The notes under the pieces: generated by a model
What the model saw: the letters and a program-made list of their open reading frames with translations, nothing else
The model's database searches: none
What the model was told of the DNA's origin: nothing
Source of the DNA: the human T2T-CHM13v2.0 reference genome, Homo sapiens
Direction: 5' to 3' (one strand)
DNA: 64,000 bases
Assembly (NCBI RefSeq): GCF_009914755.1
Contig: NC_060931.1
Shown: in pieces, positions 32,001 through 49,938 of the stretch
Numbering within the stretch: position 1 is the first letter of the stretch
Layout of the letters: each line of letters begins with the position of its first letter
Program-made: the position numbers and the translations under genes

Positions 32001-33043
32001 TAGTATGTACCTTCTAATCCTAAGTTGTTGATTTTTTTTAATCAAGAAGTGATATTTCATTTCATTTAATGCTTTTTCTGCATTTATTGAAATGATCATA
32101 TGGTTTTGGTCTTTCATTCTTATGTGATATATATCACATTTATTGACTTGCGTATATTGAACCATCTTTGCATCACTGGGATAAATCCCACTTGACCATC
32201 ATAGATAATCTCTTTAATGTGCTGTTAAATTCAGTTTGCAAGTATTTTGTTGAGGAGTTTTGCATCTATGTTCATCAGAGATATAGTGTTCTTTTTGTGT
32301 TGTGTTTTGCTCTGATTTTGGTATCAGGGTAATTCTGGCCTTGTAGAATGAATTAGGAATTAAGTAATCTCCTTCAATTTTCTTGAGTAGTCTGACAATA
32401 ATTTGGTATTAGTTCCTCCTTAAATGATTGGTAGATTTCAGCAACAAAAAAAGCTATCCAGCTCATGGGTTTTTCTCTGATGGAAGACGTTTTACAACTT
32501 ATTCAATTTCCTCACTTTTTATTATTCTGCTCAGATTTTCTATTTCTTCATTATTCAGTCTTGGTAGGTTCTATGTGTCCAGAAACTTATCTCATTATTT
32601 ATCTATGTTCTCCAATTTGTTGGTGTATAATTGTTCACCAGCAATTGATCTTTTGTGTTTCTGTGGTATCAGTTGTTATGCCCCATTTTTCATCTATGAA
32701 TTTATTTATTTGAGTCTTCTCTATTTTTCTCTTGGTCTAGCTCAAGGTTTGTATATTTTATCTTTCTATAAAACCAACTCTTGGTTCCATTGATCTTTTG
32801 TATTTTTAAGTCTCTAGTTCAATAATTTCTGCTCTGGTCTATTATTTCCTTTCTTCTATGAATTTGGGGTTTATTTTGTTCTTGTTTTTTTTTTTAGTTC
32901 CTTAAGGTACATCATTAGGTTGTTTGTGATCTTTCTTCTTTTTTGATGTAGGAATTTATCGGTGTAAACTTCCCACTTACAACTTCTTTTGCTGTATCTC
33001 AAAGGTTCTGATATGTTGTTTTCATTTCTGTTTGTCTCAAAAA

Positions 33044-33194
33044 TTATTTATTTATCTATTTATTATTTTTATTTTGTTGAGATGGGGTTTCAGTATGTTG
33101 CCCAGGTTGGTCTTGAATTCTTGGCCTCGAGCAATTCTCTCATTTAGGCTTCTAAAATACTGGTATCACAGGTGTGAGCCACCATGCCCTGCCC
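33044..33194 (-). mobile_element. FLAM-like Alu monomer inside the L1
   Basis: Single left arm; TSD tgtctcaa. Confidence 0.8.
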
Positions 33195-33949
33195 TGTCTC
33201 AAGAAATTTTTAAATTTTAATTTTTCCACTGAAACATTGATTGTTTACAAGCACGTTATTTAATTTTCATTTACTTGTGAATTTTCTGAATTTGCTCCTG
33301 TTATTGATTTTTGGTTTTATAACATTGTGGTCAGAAAACATACTCGAAATTATTGTGATCTTCTTAAATTTACTAAGAGTTGTTTTGTGGCCTAATGCAT
33401 GATCTATTCTGGAGAACGCTCCACATGCTATTGGAAAAAATGTGTATTCCACAGCTGTTGGGGGGAATGTTCTGTAAATCTCTATTAGGCCCATTTGGTC
33501 TAAAGTGAGGTTTAGATCTGATGTTTCTTTGTTTATTTTTTGTCTCGATGATCTGTCCATTAGTGAGAGTGGGCTGTTGAAGGTTCCTACTATTATTGCA
33601 TTGCAGTCTATCTCTCCATTTAGATCTAAAAAAACAATTGCTTTATATATTTGGGTGTTCCAGTGTTATATGCATATATATCTACAATTATTATTTACTC
33701 TTGTTAAGTTGACATCTTTATCATTATATAAAGACCATCTTTGTCTCTTTTTGCAGTTTTGACTTAAAGTCTATTTTATCTAATATAAGCATAACTACTC
33801 TTGCTCTCTTTTGTTTCCATTTGCATGGAATACCATTTTCCATTCCTTCACTTTCAGTCTATGTGTGTCCTTATAGGTAAAGTGGGTTCTCTGTAGACTG
33901 TGTAAAGTTGGGTCTTGTTATTTATTAATTTACTTTGTGGTGTGGATAG

Positions 33950-34125
33950 AGAAGGAGGATTAAATAATATAAATTTATTTTCTCACAATTCTGAAGTCTA
34001 GAAATCAAAGATCAGGGTATCTTTGGGATTGCCTTCATTCTGAAGCCTCTCTCCTTGGTTTGCAGATGGCTGCCTTCTTGCTGTGTCCTCTCATGATTTT
34101 TCCTCTGTTGAAAACATCCCTGGTG
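33950..34125 (-). mobile_element. MaLR LTR fragment inside the L1
   Basis: aatttattttctcacaattctg...ttgcagatggctgccttcttgctgtgtcctc. Confidence 0.65.
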
Positions 34126-34164
34126 CCTGGTCTTGTTTTTTTATCCATTGGGCCACAATGGATA

Positions 34165-37062
<2,898 letters not shown>

Positions 37063-37133
37063 AGTATCACTGTATATGTTTTAAATGAAGAATTTAATCC
37101 ATCTCATTTAATGTTATTATTTTTTAACTTTGA

Positions 37134-37799
<666 letters not shown>

Positions 37800-39269
37800 T
37801 AACTTTGGTTGGATACAAATACTCCAACTTTTCCTCTCACCACAATTTATACTTTTGTTGCCTTAATTTAGATATCTTTGTATTGTAACTTTCTTAACAA
37901 CTCATTATAGATATAATTATTGTTGGCCATTTTGACTTTTAACCTTCATACTGAAGATTTGAAAATTATATAGTACCAGCACACTAATGTAATATTCTGA
38001 ACTTATTATGAATTTACCTCTTCCAATGAAGTTTACACTTTTTTCATATGTTTTCATGTTATTAGTTATTATCTTTTCACTTCTGCTTGAAGCACTCCTT
38101 TAAGCATTTTTTGTAAGGTCAGTCTTGTGGTGACAAATTCCCTCAGCTTTTGCTTGTCTGAGAAAGTATTTATTTCTTCTTCATTTCAAAAGGATGGTTT
38201 GCTGGGTCTAGTATTCCTGGTGAAACTATTTTTTCTTTTATGACTTTGAATATAACATTACATATGTTACACTCTCTCCTAGCCTGCAGTTTCTGCTAAG
38301 AAATCTGCTGATAGTCTAATGGGGCTTCCCTTATATGTTGACATTTTTCTCTTGCTGCTTTTAGAAACCTCTCTGTGTCTTTGACTTTTGACAATTAGAT
38401 TATAATGTGCCTCAGAGAAGACCCCTTTGGGTTGAATCTATATGAGATTCTCTGAGTTTAATGGAACTGGATGTCCACAACTCTCCCAATACTTGAGAGG
38501 TTTTCAGCTATTATTTTGTTTAAAATTTTTTTCTGTGACTTTATCTCTTCCCTGTCTTTAACTCTCTTATTGTAAATATTTGTTCATTTAATTGTGTCCC
38601 ATAAATCCTCTAGGCCTTATTGGTTCTTTTCCATTCTTCTTTCCCCATTTTTCCTCTGTTATTTCAAAAGAGATGTCTTCAAGTTCAGAAATGTTCTTCT
38701 GTTTGATCTAGTCTGAGGTTGAAGCTCCCTGTTATATTTTTATCTCATTCATTGAGTTCTTCAGTTCTAAGATTTCTGTTTGGTTCTTTTTTTATATTTG
38801 TCTCCTTGTTGAATTTCTCATTCAGGCCATGAATTATTTTTCTGATTTCATTGAATTGTCTACCTGTATTCCCTTGCATCTCACTAAGTTTCCTTAGAAT
38901 TGTTATTTGAATTCCTTTTTAGGCAACTATATGTTTCCATTTCTTTAGGGTCAGTTACTAGAGCATCATTGTGCTCCTTTGGTGATGTTAAGTTTCCTTG
39001 CTTTTTCATGTTTCTTGTGCTCCTGTGTTGATATATGCGCATCTGGTAAAATAGTTGCCTCTTCCAATTTTATGGAGTGGCATTTGTATTTTATAGACAG
39101 ACTTTCACCTACAGATGTGTCTGAGGGTATCAGTTGGGTAGCATGTGTATTGGCTTTGGTTCTGGGTGGGCACAGTAGGGGTCTCCATGCAGTTTCTTCA
39201 GCTGTAGTCAACTTTGGTAATGCCTGAGTGCTTTGGTGGCATAGGCTGCAGGAGTTTGTGTGGCTAGGC

Positions 39270-40000
39270 TGCCAGATAGGGGTGGGTCTCCTCTGGGAGC
39301 AACATGCCTGCCTGGTGAGTAAAGGGCTTGGTCCATCAACTCAGGGTGGAGTATTTCTGGGAGAACAGTACTTGGCTGGTGAGTGGACTGGTGGCATGTG
39401 AGGGGCAGTCTGCTGGTTTGGGGTGGAGCTTCCTTAGGAGCAGCATGCCTGCCTGATGAGTGTGCTGGCAGTATGTGTGGATAGGTTTGCTGACTTATAG
39501 TGGCTCTCCCTTAGAAGTGGAGTACCTGGGTGGTGATTGTGGGCCTGACTCGCAGCTTGAGGCAGGGCTCCTTTGGAATCAACGTGCCTAGCTTTTGAGC
39601 TTGCCAGTGACACACAGAGGCCATCTTATCAGCTCTGGACAGGGTTTCTATGGAAGTGGCATGCCCAGCTGGTGATCATGCCAGGGTACATGGGGACCAC
39701 AATTTGCTGACTCAGAGGAGGGCCTCCCTGTAAGCAGTGCACTTTTCTGGTGAGCACTCTACTGGTGCATGGGGGCTGATTTGTCAGCTCAGGGTGGGCC
39801 TCCCTCAAGGCAGCATGCTTGGCTGGTGAATGTGCAGTTGGTCTGTGGGGGCCTGGTTCACTGGCTTGTGGCAGGACACCCCTGGAATTGGTGTATCTGG
39901 CTGGTGAGTGCATTGGGATATGCAAGGACCAGTCCACTGGCTCGAGGCAGGGCTCTCTTGGAAGTAGTGTGCCTGGCTGGTGATTGTGTTGACTGTGCAT
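39270..40000. repeat. Degenerate tandem array (about 10 units of 60-78 bp) in the ancient L1 5'UTR
   Basis: Recurring core similar to ggagcagcatgcctggctggtgagt. Confidence 0.7.
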
Positions 40001-40859
40001 ATGGCTGACCCAGACTAGGTTTCTCTGCTGGGCAGAATTATCTATTACTTTGGAGGCAGTAAGCTGCATGGGCTCTGGGGCCAGGTTGCTGGACCTAGGT
40101 TCCAACAGGCTGGGGTCAGGGTGCTACAGTCACTAAGATGTGAAAAGCAGAGATTGTCTCCTAGGCAACTTGTTCCCAGGGTGTGGGGATCTGTAGCAAT
40201 TTGGTGATGGAATGGTGCACTTCTTTGTGTGAAGGTGGTATAATGGCATTTTAGCCTCAGAGATGAAAAGATGCAGTTCCTGGAGCAAGGTGCACTCTAC
40301 CTGTTGTTCCGGTTTCAAGATGGGTCCTATATAGCTGCAGATTGGGTTGTGTGGGTCAGAGGGCACACAATGTGGGCTTCTTTTCTGGGGGCAGTGCAGC
40401 TATATGGATACCAAGCCCCTCCCCAAACTGGGCTCAAGGACTGTGAGGACTGAAGATTTCTCTGGAAGCAAAGACTGCAGGTGTTCATCACATTAATGGG
40501 GGGTGCTACAGGCCTCCTACATACCTTTGTCCATCAAGTGCCTTCTTGTTCCTAGATAATTCCAGCTGAGAAGATCACGTGGTGGAGGCAGGGTGTTTCT
40601 GTCTCTTCTGTATGTGGCCCTCCCTAAAGGTCTCCTTGCTCCACAGGTTTTCTCTCTTCCCTGCTGTACTGCAGTGTTCTCCCTCAAACACCCCAGTCCA
40701 ATGTAATTTTCATTCATTGCTTTGATCCTGTCTTGTATGGTGTACTAGCATTATGCTCCTCTAGTCAGCTATCCTGCTCTGCCTACTGGTGCTTTCTTTT
40801 TTTGATTTTTGGATTGAAAACAAAGTTAATTATTTCAGTAATTAAACACCTAGAATATA

Positions 40860-41535
40860 TCTTCTTTTCCTTTCATTTTGTTTTTGGTAACAGCTTTACT
40901 GAGATATAATTCATAGACCATGAGATTCATCCTCTTAAAGTATACAATTAATTGATTTCTAGCATATTTACAGATCTGTGCAACATTTCTGCTACTTGAT
41001 TTAAAAACATTTTCATCATCTCAAAAAAGAAACCAAACCCATTACAGTCACTCTCTATTTCCCCCCCACCTCTGTCCCTGGCAACCACTAATCCACTTTC
41101 TATCCCTCTATAGATTTGCTTATTTTGGAAATTTCTTGTAAATGGGATGGTACAATATGTGGCTTTTCACATCTGGCTTCTTTCACTTAGCATAATGTTT
41201 TCAAGGTTCAACCGTGTTGTATCCTATATCAGCGCTTCTTTCTTTTAATGGAAGAAAAGTATTCCATTTTGTGGATATACTACATTTTGTTTATCCATTT
41301 ATCAATAGGTAGACATTTGGGTTGTTTTCCTCTTTTGATGATCATAAATAATGCTGCTATATATATTCATTTAAGAGGTTTTGTGTAGACATATGTTTTC
41401 AACTGTAGGAGTAGAATTGCTGGATTATATGGAAACTCTACATTTAACCACCTGAGGAACTGCCAAACTATTTTCCAAAGCAGCTGCACCATTTTATATT
41501 CCAGCAATGTATGAGAGCTCAAATGTGTCTACATC
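40860..41535 (-). mobile_element. L1ME/MD 3' fragment
   Basis: aacagctttactgagatataattca...ggcaaccactaatccactttc. Confidence 0.7.
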
Positions 41536-43031
41536 TAGTGAAGAGAAACTCTGTTCACTGGTCTACTTGTTGCCTAACTTCTCTGCCTCTCAAAAGTATC
41601 CCCAACTAGGCATGACTCAGCCTCATTTTATGTTTGGATATTTACAGGAAGGTGATTTTCTCCTATTAGGTTTGCAAAGTTTGTTTCTTCACAAACATTT
41701 TTTCCTGTGCTCTCTGCTCCTTCTTTTAATCACTTTAATCACTAAAAGACTGGTCTATAGAATGCCTATATAATTTCCATTTATTAAACTTTCCCCCTGA
41801 GGCTTTCTTTTAAGGAATTGCATTTCATCCTACTTGACTACTTCACAATGAAATCCCAGGATCCTGAAGAGAATCTTTCATGAGGCTGTGCATTTTGCTG
41901 AAACTAATTCTATCCCATACCTGTCTCTACTCCACTTTTCCACTGTGCCTTCAAGAACTGACATCTTATCCCCCTCCTATGCAATTTGTTCTCTGTACTC
42001 TCCCTTGATCTTTTTGTTCATTGTATCTTGATGGTCACTTAAGACCACAGCTTTTTCTGCCGTACTTTTGGATGGCAGCTGTTTTTTCTGAAATATTCCA
42101 CATGTCTAAACCTGGAGGATGGATAGGTGTCCTCTTCAGTCCACACTATCACTTCTAGACCATTTGCTTTCACCATTCCTAACACTCCTAGGCTTTAGCT
42201 TAGGCATAATATCTGCCTCCCCTCCTCTTTCAATCATCTACATCCCCACTGCCAGGTACTACTCAGCTGTTTTCTCTCCTTCATAAAAAGTTTTCTCAAA
42301 TTTATTCATACTCACTCTCACCATTTTCTCTCCTCTCATTCTGTCTTGAACCCACAGCAATCAAGCTTTCATCCCCACTATTCTGCTGAAAGAGGTGTTA
42401 TTAGAATCACGTGTGTGTTCCATGTTGCCAAATTCAGTGGTCAACTTTCAGCCTTTATCTTACTGGGCATATTGGAAGCCCTCATTCCTTCCTGCTTGAC
42501 TGTCTTCATATGACCTGTAGGTCACCACTCTTTCCAGGTTCCCTTACTTCCTCGCTGGTCACTTCTTCTCATCTCCTTTGCTAGATCTTCCTCATCTTTC
42601 TACTCTTTAAGGTTAGGCTGCTCTGTGTTTCAGTCATTAGATCTGATTTATTCTCTATCTATACTCATGCCTCAGATGATTTGTTCAATCCCATGGCTTC
42701 AAATACAGATCTGTGTATTGAGGACTCCCAAATTTACATCTCCAGCCTGTTTCTCATGCATATATATCTGCCTATGTACTTGACATTTCCACCCATATGT
42801 CTAATAGACTTCTTCCATTTGACCTGTCCAATATGAAATTTTCTCACCTCAAAACTGTTTCCTCAAAACCTGGGATCATGTTTTACAATTTATACTGCTA
42901 AAACACCAGTCCAAAGTACTGCATTTTCATTCCTGGATCATTGTCTTCTAATTTCCCCATTCTTACTCCTCTTGCCCCTACACAGTCTATTCTATATTCA
43001 GCAAAGTGAGCAATCCTTTTGAAACATGTCA

Positions 43032-43440
<409 letters not shown>

Positions 43441-43522
43441 AATGAAACTTGTTACTCCTCCATTTAGAATCTTACAATGACTTCCCTTTGTAGAGACACA
43501 AAAGCCCAAGTCCTTATCCTAG

Positions 43523-44020
<498 letters not shown>

Positions 44021-45999
44021 TAATTCTTTCAGGCCTCTTTGCTCGAATGTTATCATATTAGAGATACTTTCCTGGAAACCCAATCTAAACAGTAGCTTCT
44101 CCATTCTGTTCACTTAATTTGCTTTACTATTTACTTCATAAAGCTTACCACCTGATGTTTATTTATTTTTTATTGTTTATTATCTGTCTCCTCCAGCTGG
44201 AATAAAAGCACCATGAATGCAGGAATTTTGCCAACTTCTGGCACAGAGATGGCTTTCAAAATCTATTTGGTGAATGAATGAATGAATTGCATTTTCTTCC
44301 TAAATTTCACAATTGTGAGTTCTTATGTACTTGTTCATTTAACAAATATTTATAACCATTCTCCTTATTTCATATACAGAATAGCCAAACTTGAATTTCC
44401 AGTTATAAATTCCAGTACTTGGGAGTAATTTTCTCAGATAAATAGAAAACAGTAATTACTAGTAATTTAGAGCTCTTCATCATACTTTTGTGACAGTATC
44501 ATAACATACATTTAAAAAATTGATGGAGTGGCTTACTTGAGTCCCACTTCCATTATTCTATAATTTTAAAATTGTGTAAATTTTGTCATGCCTGAGGCTT
44601 GAAAGCCCTTTAAAAAATGCACAGTAACCTCTGGTGAAATAATCTCCAGTGTAGTGACCTCACTCTCAAAATGATTCATTCTATCCCTTCTTCAGACTGC
44701 AGTAGCCCTTATGAAGTACGTTTCATAGGAGTCCATGTTTGGTGAAAAATGGTTCACTATAACTTTTACCTGTTGATCCTAGTCAGCTGCTTCCCCTTAC
44801 TTCCCTCCACCTACTACGACAACTAATCAAATATAATATTTTAAGGTCATTTACCAAGGTTGCTTTAAATCCTTGTCTTCCTTTTAAATTGTAGACACTC
44901 TACACTCTCCAGCTCAATATCAATTACTGTCTTAATGATAACTTTTTTTTCCTGAGAGCTTATACTAAAGGACACTCATCTGGGGTTACAGCATTAAGTG
45001 TCTCTTGAGATATTGCAATACAACAGTGAAAAAAACTTAACTTGCTCCCTCTCCATTATTAATAGGCTCTTTCTTAATACAGGTCATAGATTATATCCAG
45101 GGATAAGAAGGTTGGAGAACACCTGGTCTACCTATGTTTTTCTATCTTATTGTTTAATAAGTATTTTGTCTTTCTAGAGTACAGATACAATAGCCTTACT
45201 GAAACTGAGAGATAACATCAGCAATTAGAATTTGATGTAAAACAATTATTTGTCTGGCCCATGACTACAGCTATTACATTTCATAGAATTTTAGGGATAG
45301 GGAACATCTTAAAGATAAGTTAATCTAATCCACATATTTCACATATGTGAGTAACCTCAAGGAAGTTATTCCGATTAAGCTGCTCTTTCATGCTTTTTTT
45401 GTTGTTGTTACTCAATTCTGTGCCCTTTGCTTACCAGCAAAAGTGCATTCATATTACTTTCTAGTGATTAGAGGTGAAGATAAGACATAAAGTCATCTGG
45501 ACTAAGTCCCTAATTTACAGATGATGAGATCTGAAAAGATTAAATGATTTGCCCAAATTCAAAAGGTTTTGTCCAAAACCTGGCCTGGCCCCAGGTTTCC
45601 TACTGGATTTGTATTCTAGGACACTTTCTATTACTCTGGGGTTTAGATTAAAGTCTCAAATTATTGAAAAATATAACTACCAGTAATCTGGAATCTTCCA
45701 TTCTATTTCTTGAAAAGTAACATGAAATGCTTTTAAAAAGATTTGACAGAGTTTTTCTTTGAGCCAACTTCTACCTTTTAAATATGTTTTGAATTTTAAA
45801 TATACATAAAATAGAAAGGATAGTATAATAAATGCTCATATGACAGATTCAATAATCATCATTTTATCTCACTTGTTATCTCCTCTGTTCCTTTCTTCTT
45901 CATTTTTTGCTGAAATATTTTAAATCCAAAATATTGTATTATTCTCCTGTGACATATTTCAGTAAGCTAAAAAGTAGACTCAAAAAATTGTGAAACTAT

Positions 46000-46313
<314 letters not shown>

Positions 46314-47165
46314 CTATAATCTAATACATTCAATGCTTACACTTTCTTGAATGTCTCAAAAATAACTTTTTACTTTTGGTTTGTTCAATTAAGGAACTCA
46401 CACAAGGTCCATATACTGCATTTTGTTAAATCTCTTTTAATCTAGGGCTCTTCTATATCAATGTTGTTGACTTATTGAAAAAAATTGGGTTACTTATTCT
46501 GTAGAATGTCACAAACTCTGGATCAATCTATATGTTTCCTCTTGGTTACATTTAACTTGTTACTCTATCCCTTATATCCCCAATTATCCCTGATAATTGG
46601 AGTTAGCATTCAAGGTTAGATGAGATTCAGGTTCAACTTTATTGACACACACTTGTGGTGCTGTGTGCTTCATTAAATGTACATAGTGTTACTGTCCAGT
46701 CATTCTACTTTTGTGATGCTAACAGGATACAATTTCCTAACAGCTTTTCATGTAGTAATTTCATCTACTGATAAAAGCTGCCTGTATCATTTTGTTACGA
46801 AATGCAAAGTGACAATTTTCTAATTTTCACTTTCTTTTCACTTTTATTAACTGGAATTTTTCTGTAGAGAACTTTTCACTGTCAACTAGGACTATTTAGT
46901 CACTCTGCAGTACAGAAAATGCCGGATGAATGCTTAATTCTTTTCTTTCTACTGCCAATGTCTAAAGTAAGGAAATGTTTAAATACTTATAATAGTGACC
47001 AACTAAATTTGTGTGTGTGTGTTTTGCTTTTTAGTGATGAAATGAACTAATGGATTAAAACAAAATAATTGCAGCCATTATTCTTTTCATTATTCTTATA
47101 TTTGGCCAATGGATTCCTCCTGCATATTTATTTGCTCCTGTGGCCTTTGGACATGTCCTGTTAGT

Positions 47166-47462
47166 TTTTCATTTTATTTTTTTAAGAATGGAGTCTTGTG
47201 CTGTTGCCCAGGCTGGAGTGCATTGGTGTAATCATAGCTCACTGTAACCTTGAACTCTTGAGCTCAAGCAATCCTCCCACCTCAGCCAGCTGAACAGCTA
47301 CGACTATAGGCACATGCCACCATGCATGACTATTTTAATTTTTGTAGAGACATGGTTTCACTACGTTGCTCAGTCTGGTTTCGAACTTCTGGCCTCAAGC
47401 AATCCTCCTGCCCCAGCCTCCCAAAGCATTAAAATTACAGGCGTGAGCCACCATACTCTGCC
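47166..47462 (-). mobile_element. AluJ-like SINE
   Basis: Diverged dimer. Confidence 0.88.
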
Positions 47463-48892
47463 TCCCATTAGTCGTTAATTACCCTCCTTGCTTTCTGGCA
47501 CAACAATTCGTCACAGACCCATTTCATGTATTTTCTGCCCCGAATCTGGAATCAGAATTCTGCCATAGAACTCTGGTTGCTTTTTGTGGGAAATCCTAAT
47601 CAGAGAGCAAAATGTGGGCAATAGGAACAATCTTGTTTTTGGGTGGTCATTGTCCTCCATATTTTTGCAATTATAGTGCTAAGGAACATAATGTTGAAAG
47701 AAAAGCAAAATCTTGAAACAATACTGATATTTCCGATCCAAATTTGACATTATAGAATTTTCATTTAACTGAACTTGAAACTCTTTTCTCTTATACTGAC
47801 AATTTTGGTTCTTAACAACATTGACAATATAACTTATTTGATTTATCTTCATGCACAAATGTGTGTATGTATTTGCATACAAACTAGTTTCAAATTAATA
47901 ATATCAATATTAGTAGTAGTTTCTCAATTAAGTTTAAGATTCATCTTAAGCTCTGTTTACAATGGGAACTCTTTCTACTTAAGATGTACACTCGAAATAC
48001 TCAAAAGTCATTTAAAACAAATCTATTATCTGTATATAATTAATTTGATATATTAATAGGTTCAACTGTTTTCATTTGTTTTTAGTTTAGCAAAGTGTGA
48101 TCTCCAAAACAGTTGCTTCAGGATCACCTGAAAACTTGTTAAAAATATAAATTCTCAGGTTCTTGATTTTCTTCTAGGTCAGAAGCATTGAGAATCAGGC
48201 CCTAAAGATAATTTTTATGTACACTAAAGTTTGAGAACCACTGATCTAGTAATCCATTTTTTATTAGTTTTTCTTTTTACAAATAAAACACATTCATGTA
48301 TATATTAATAATCACTTTTCTTATCTAAGTGGTATCATGCTATGTATACTGCTCTGCATCTTGCCATTGGAAAAAAATGTATTTTGTGTAAATCATTTTG
48401 TACTTTTAACCAGAATACTTTGGAGTAGATTCCTAGAAGTGAGATTGCTATACAGATTGCTTGCACATTTTTTTCCCTAGACATTATCAAATTTCTTTGC
48501 CTAACAGTTGTACCACTTTGTATTCCCATCAGCTGTCTTCTAAAACCTTGCTGATAGAGTATGTTGTCAGACTTTTGGATGTTTGCCAATCTAATAAATG
48601 AGAAATTGTAACTTGTTGCACTTTTTACTTGCATTTCCCTTAGTAAGAGTGAGGTTGAGCATTATTTCATGCATTTAGTGCCATTTCTTCTTTGAAATGT
48701 CTGCTTATATATTTTGCCACTTTTCTATCAGATTTTAGTTTTTTCTCAATTTGTAAGAAATCTTGATATATTAAGAATATTAGCCATTTAATTGCAAATA
48801 TATTTTCTCAGTTTATCATTCATCTTTTGACTTTGCTGAGTCAAAGACTAAGCCTTCACATCCAGCCCATTTTTATTCTAACTGTTACTCCT

Positions 48893-49258
<366 letters not shown>

Positions 49259-49319
49259 TTAAAATAGCTACCTACTGCTTTCTCTTTTTCCCCTACCATT
49301 CAATTTTATTAAGTAGTTT

Positions 49320-49844
49320 CGTTACAGGAAAGGGGTCCCTATTCAGACCCCAAGAGAGAGTTCTTGGATCTCACGCAAGAAAGAATTCAGGGCAAGTTTA
49401 TTAGGAAAGTAAAGGAATAAAAGAATGGCTACTCCACAGTCAGAGTAGCCCTGGAGGGTTGCTGGTTGCCCTTTTTAGTGGTTATTTCTTGATGATATGC
49501 TAAACAAGGGGTGGGTTATTCATGCTTCCCCTTTTTAGACCGTATAGGGTAACTTCCTGATGTTGCCACGGGATTAGTAAACTGTCATGGAGCTGGTGGG
49601 AGTGCAGCAGTGAGGACAACCAGAAGTCACTCTTGTGGCCATCTTGGTTTTGGTGGGTTTTAGCTGGCTTCTTTACTGCCTGTTTATCAGCAAGGTCTTC
49701 ATGACCTGTATCTTGTGCCAACCTCCTATCTCATCCTGTGACTTAGAATGCCTTAACCGTCTGGGAATGCAGCCCACATGTCTTAGCCTTATTTTATCCA
49801 GCCCCTAATCAAGATGAAGTTGCTCTGGTTCAAACAATCTGACA
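49320..49844 (-). mobile_element. MER41A solo LTR (ERV1)
   Basis: MER41 termini gttacaggaaaggggtcc...ctgaca; 4-bp TSD gttt; lacks the GAS-bearing block present in the copy at 58971. Confidence 0.88.
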
Positions 49845-49938
49845 GTTTTGCCTTCATTTTAATCTTTATACTCTTAAGTATACTCAAAATGCTATTTGGT
49901 TTATCAGCTTCAAATGATATCCTTAGCTTACATTTTTT

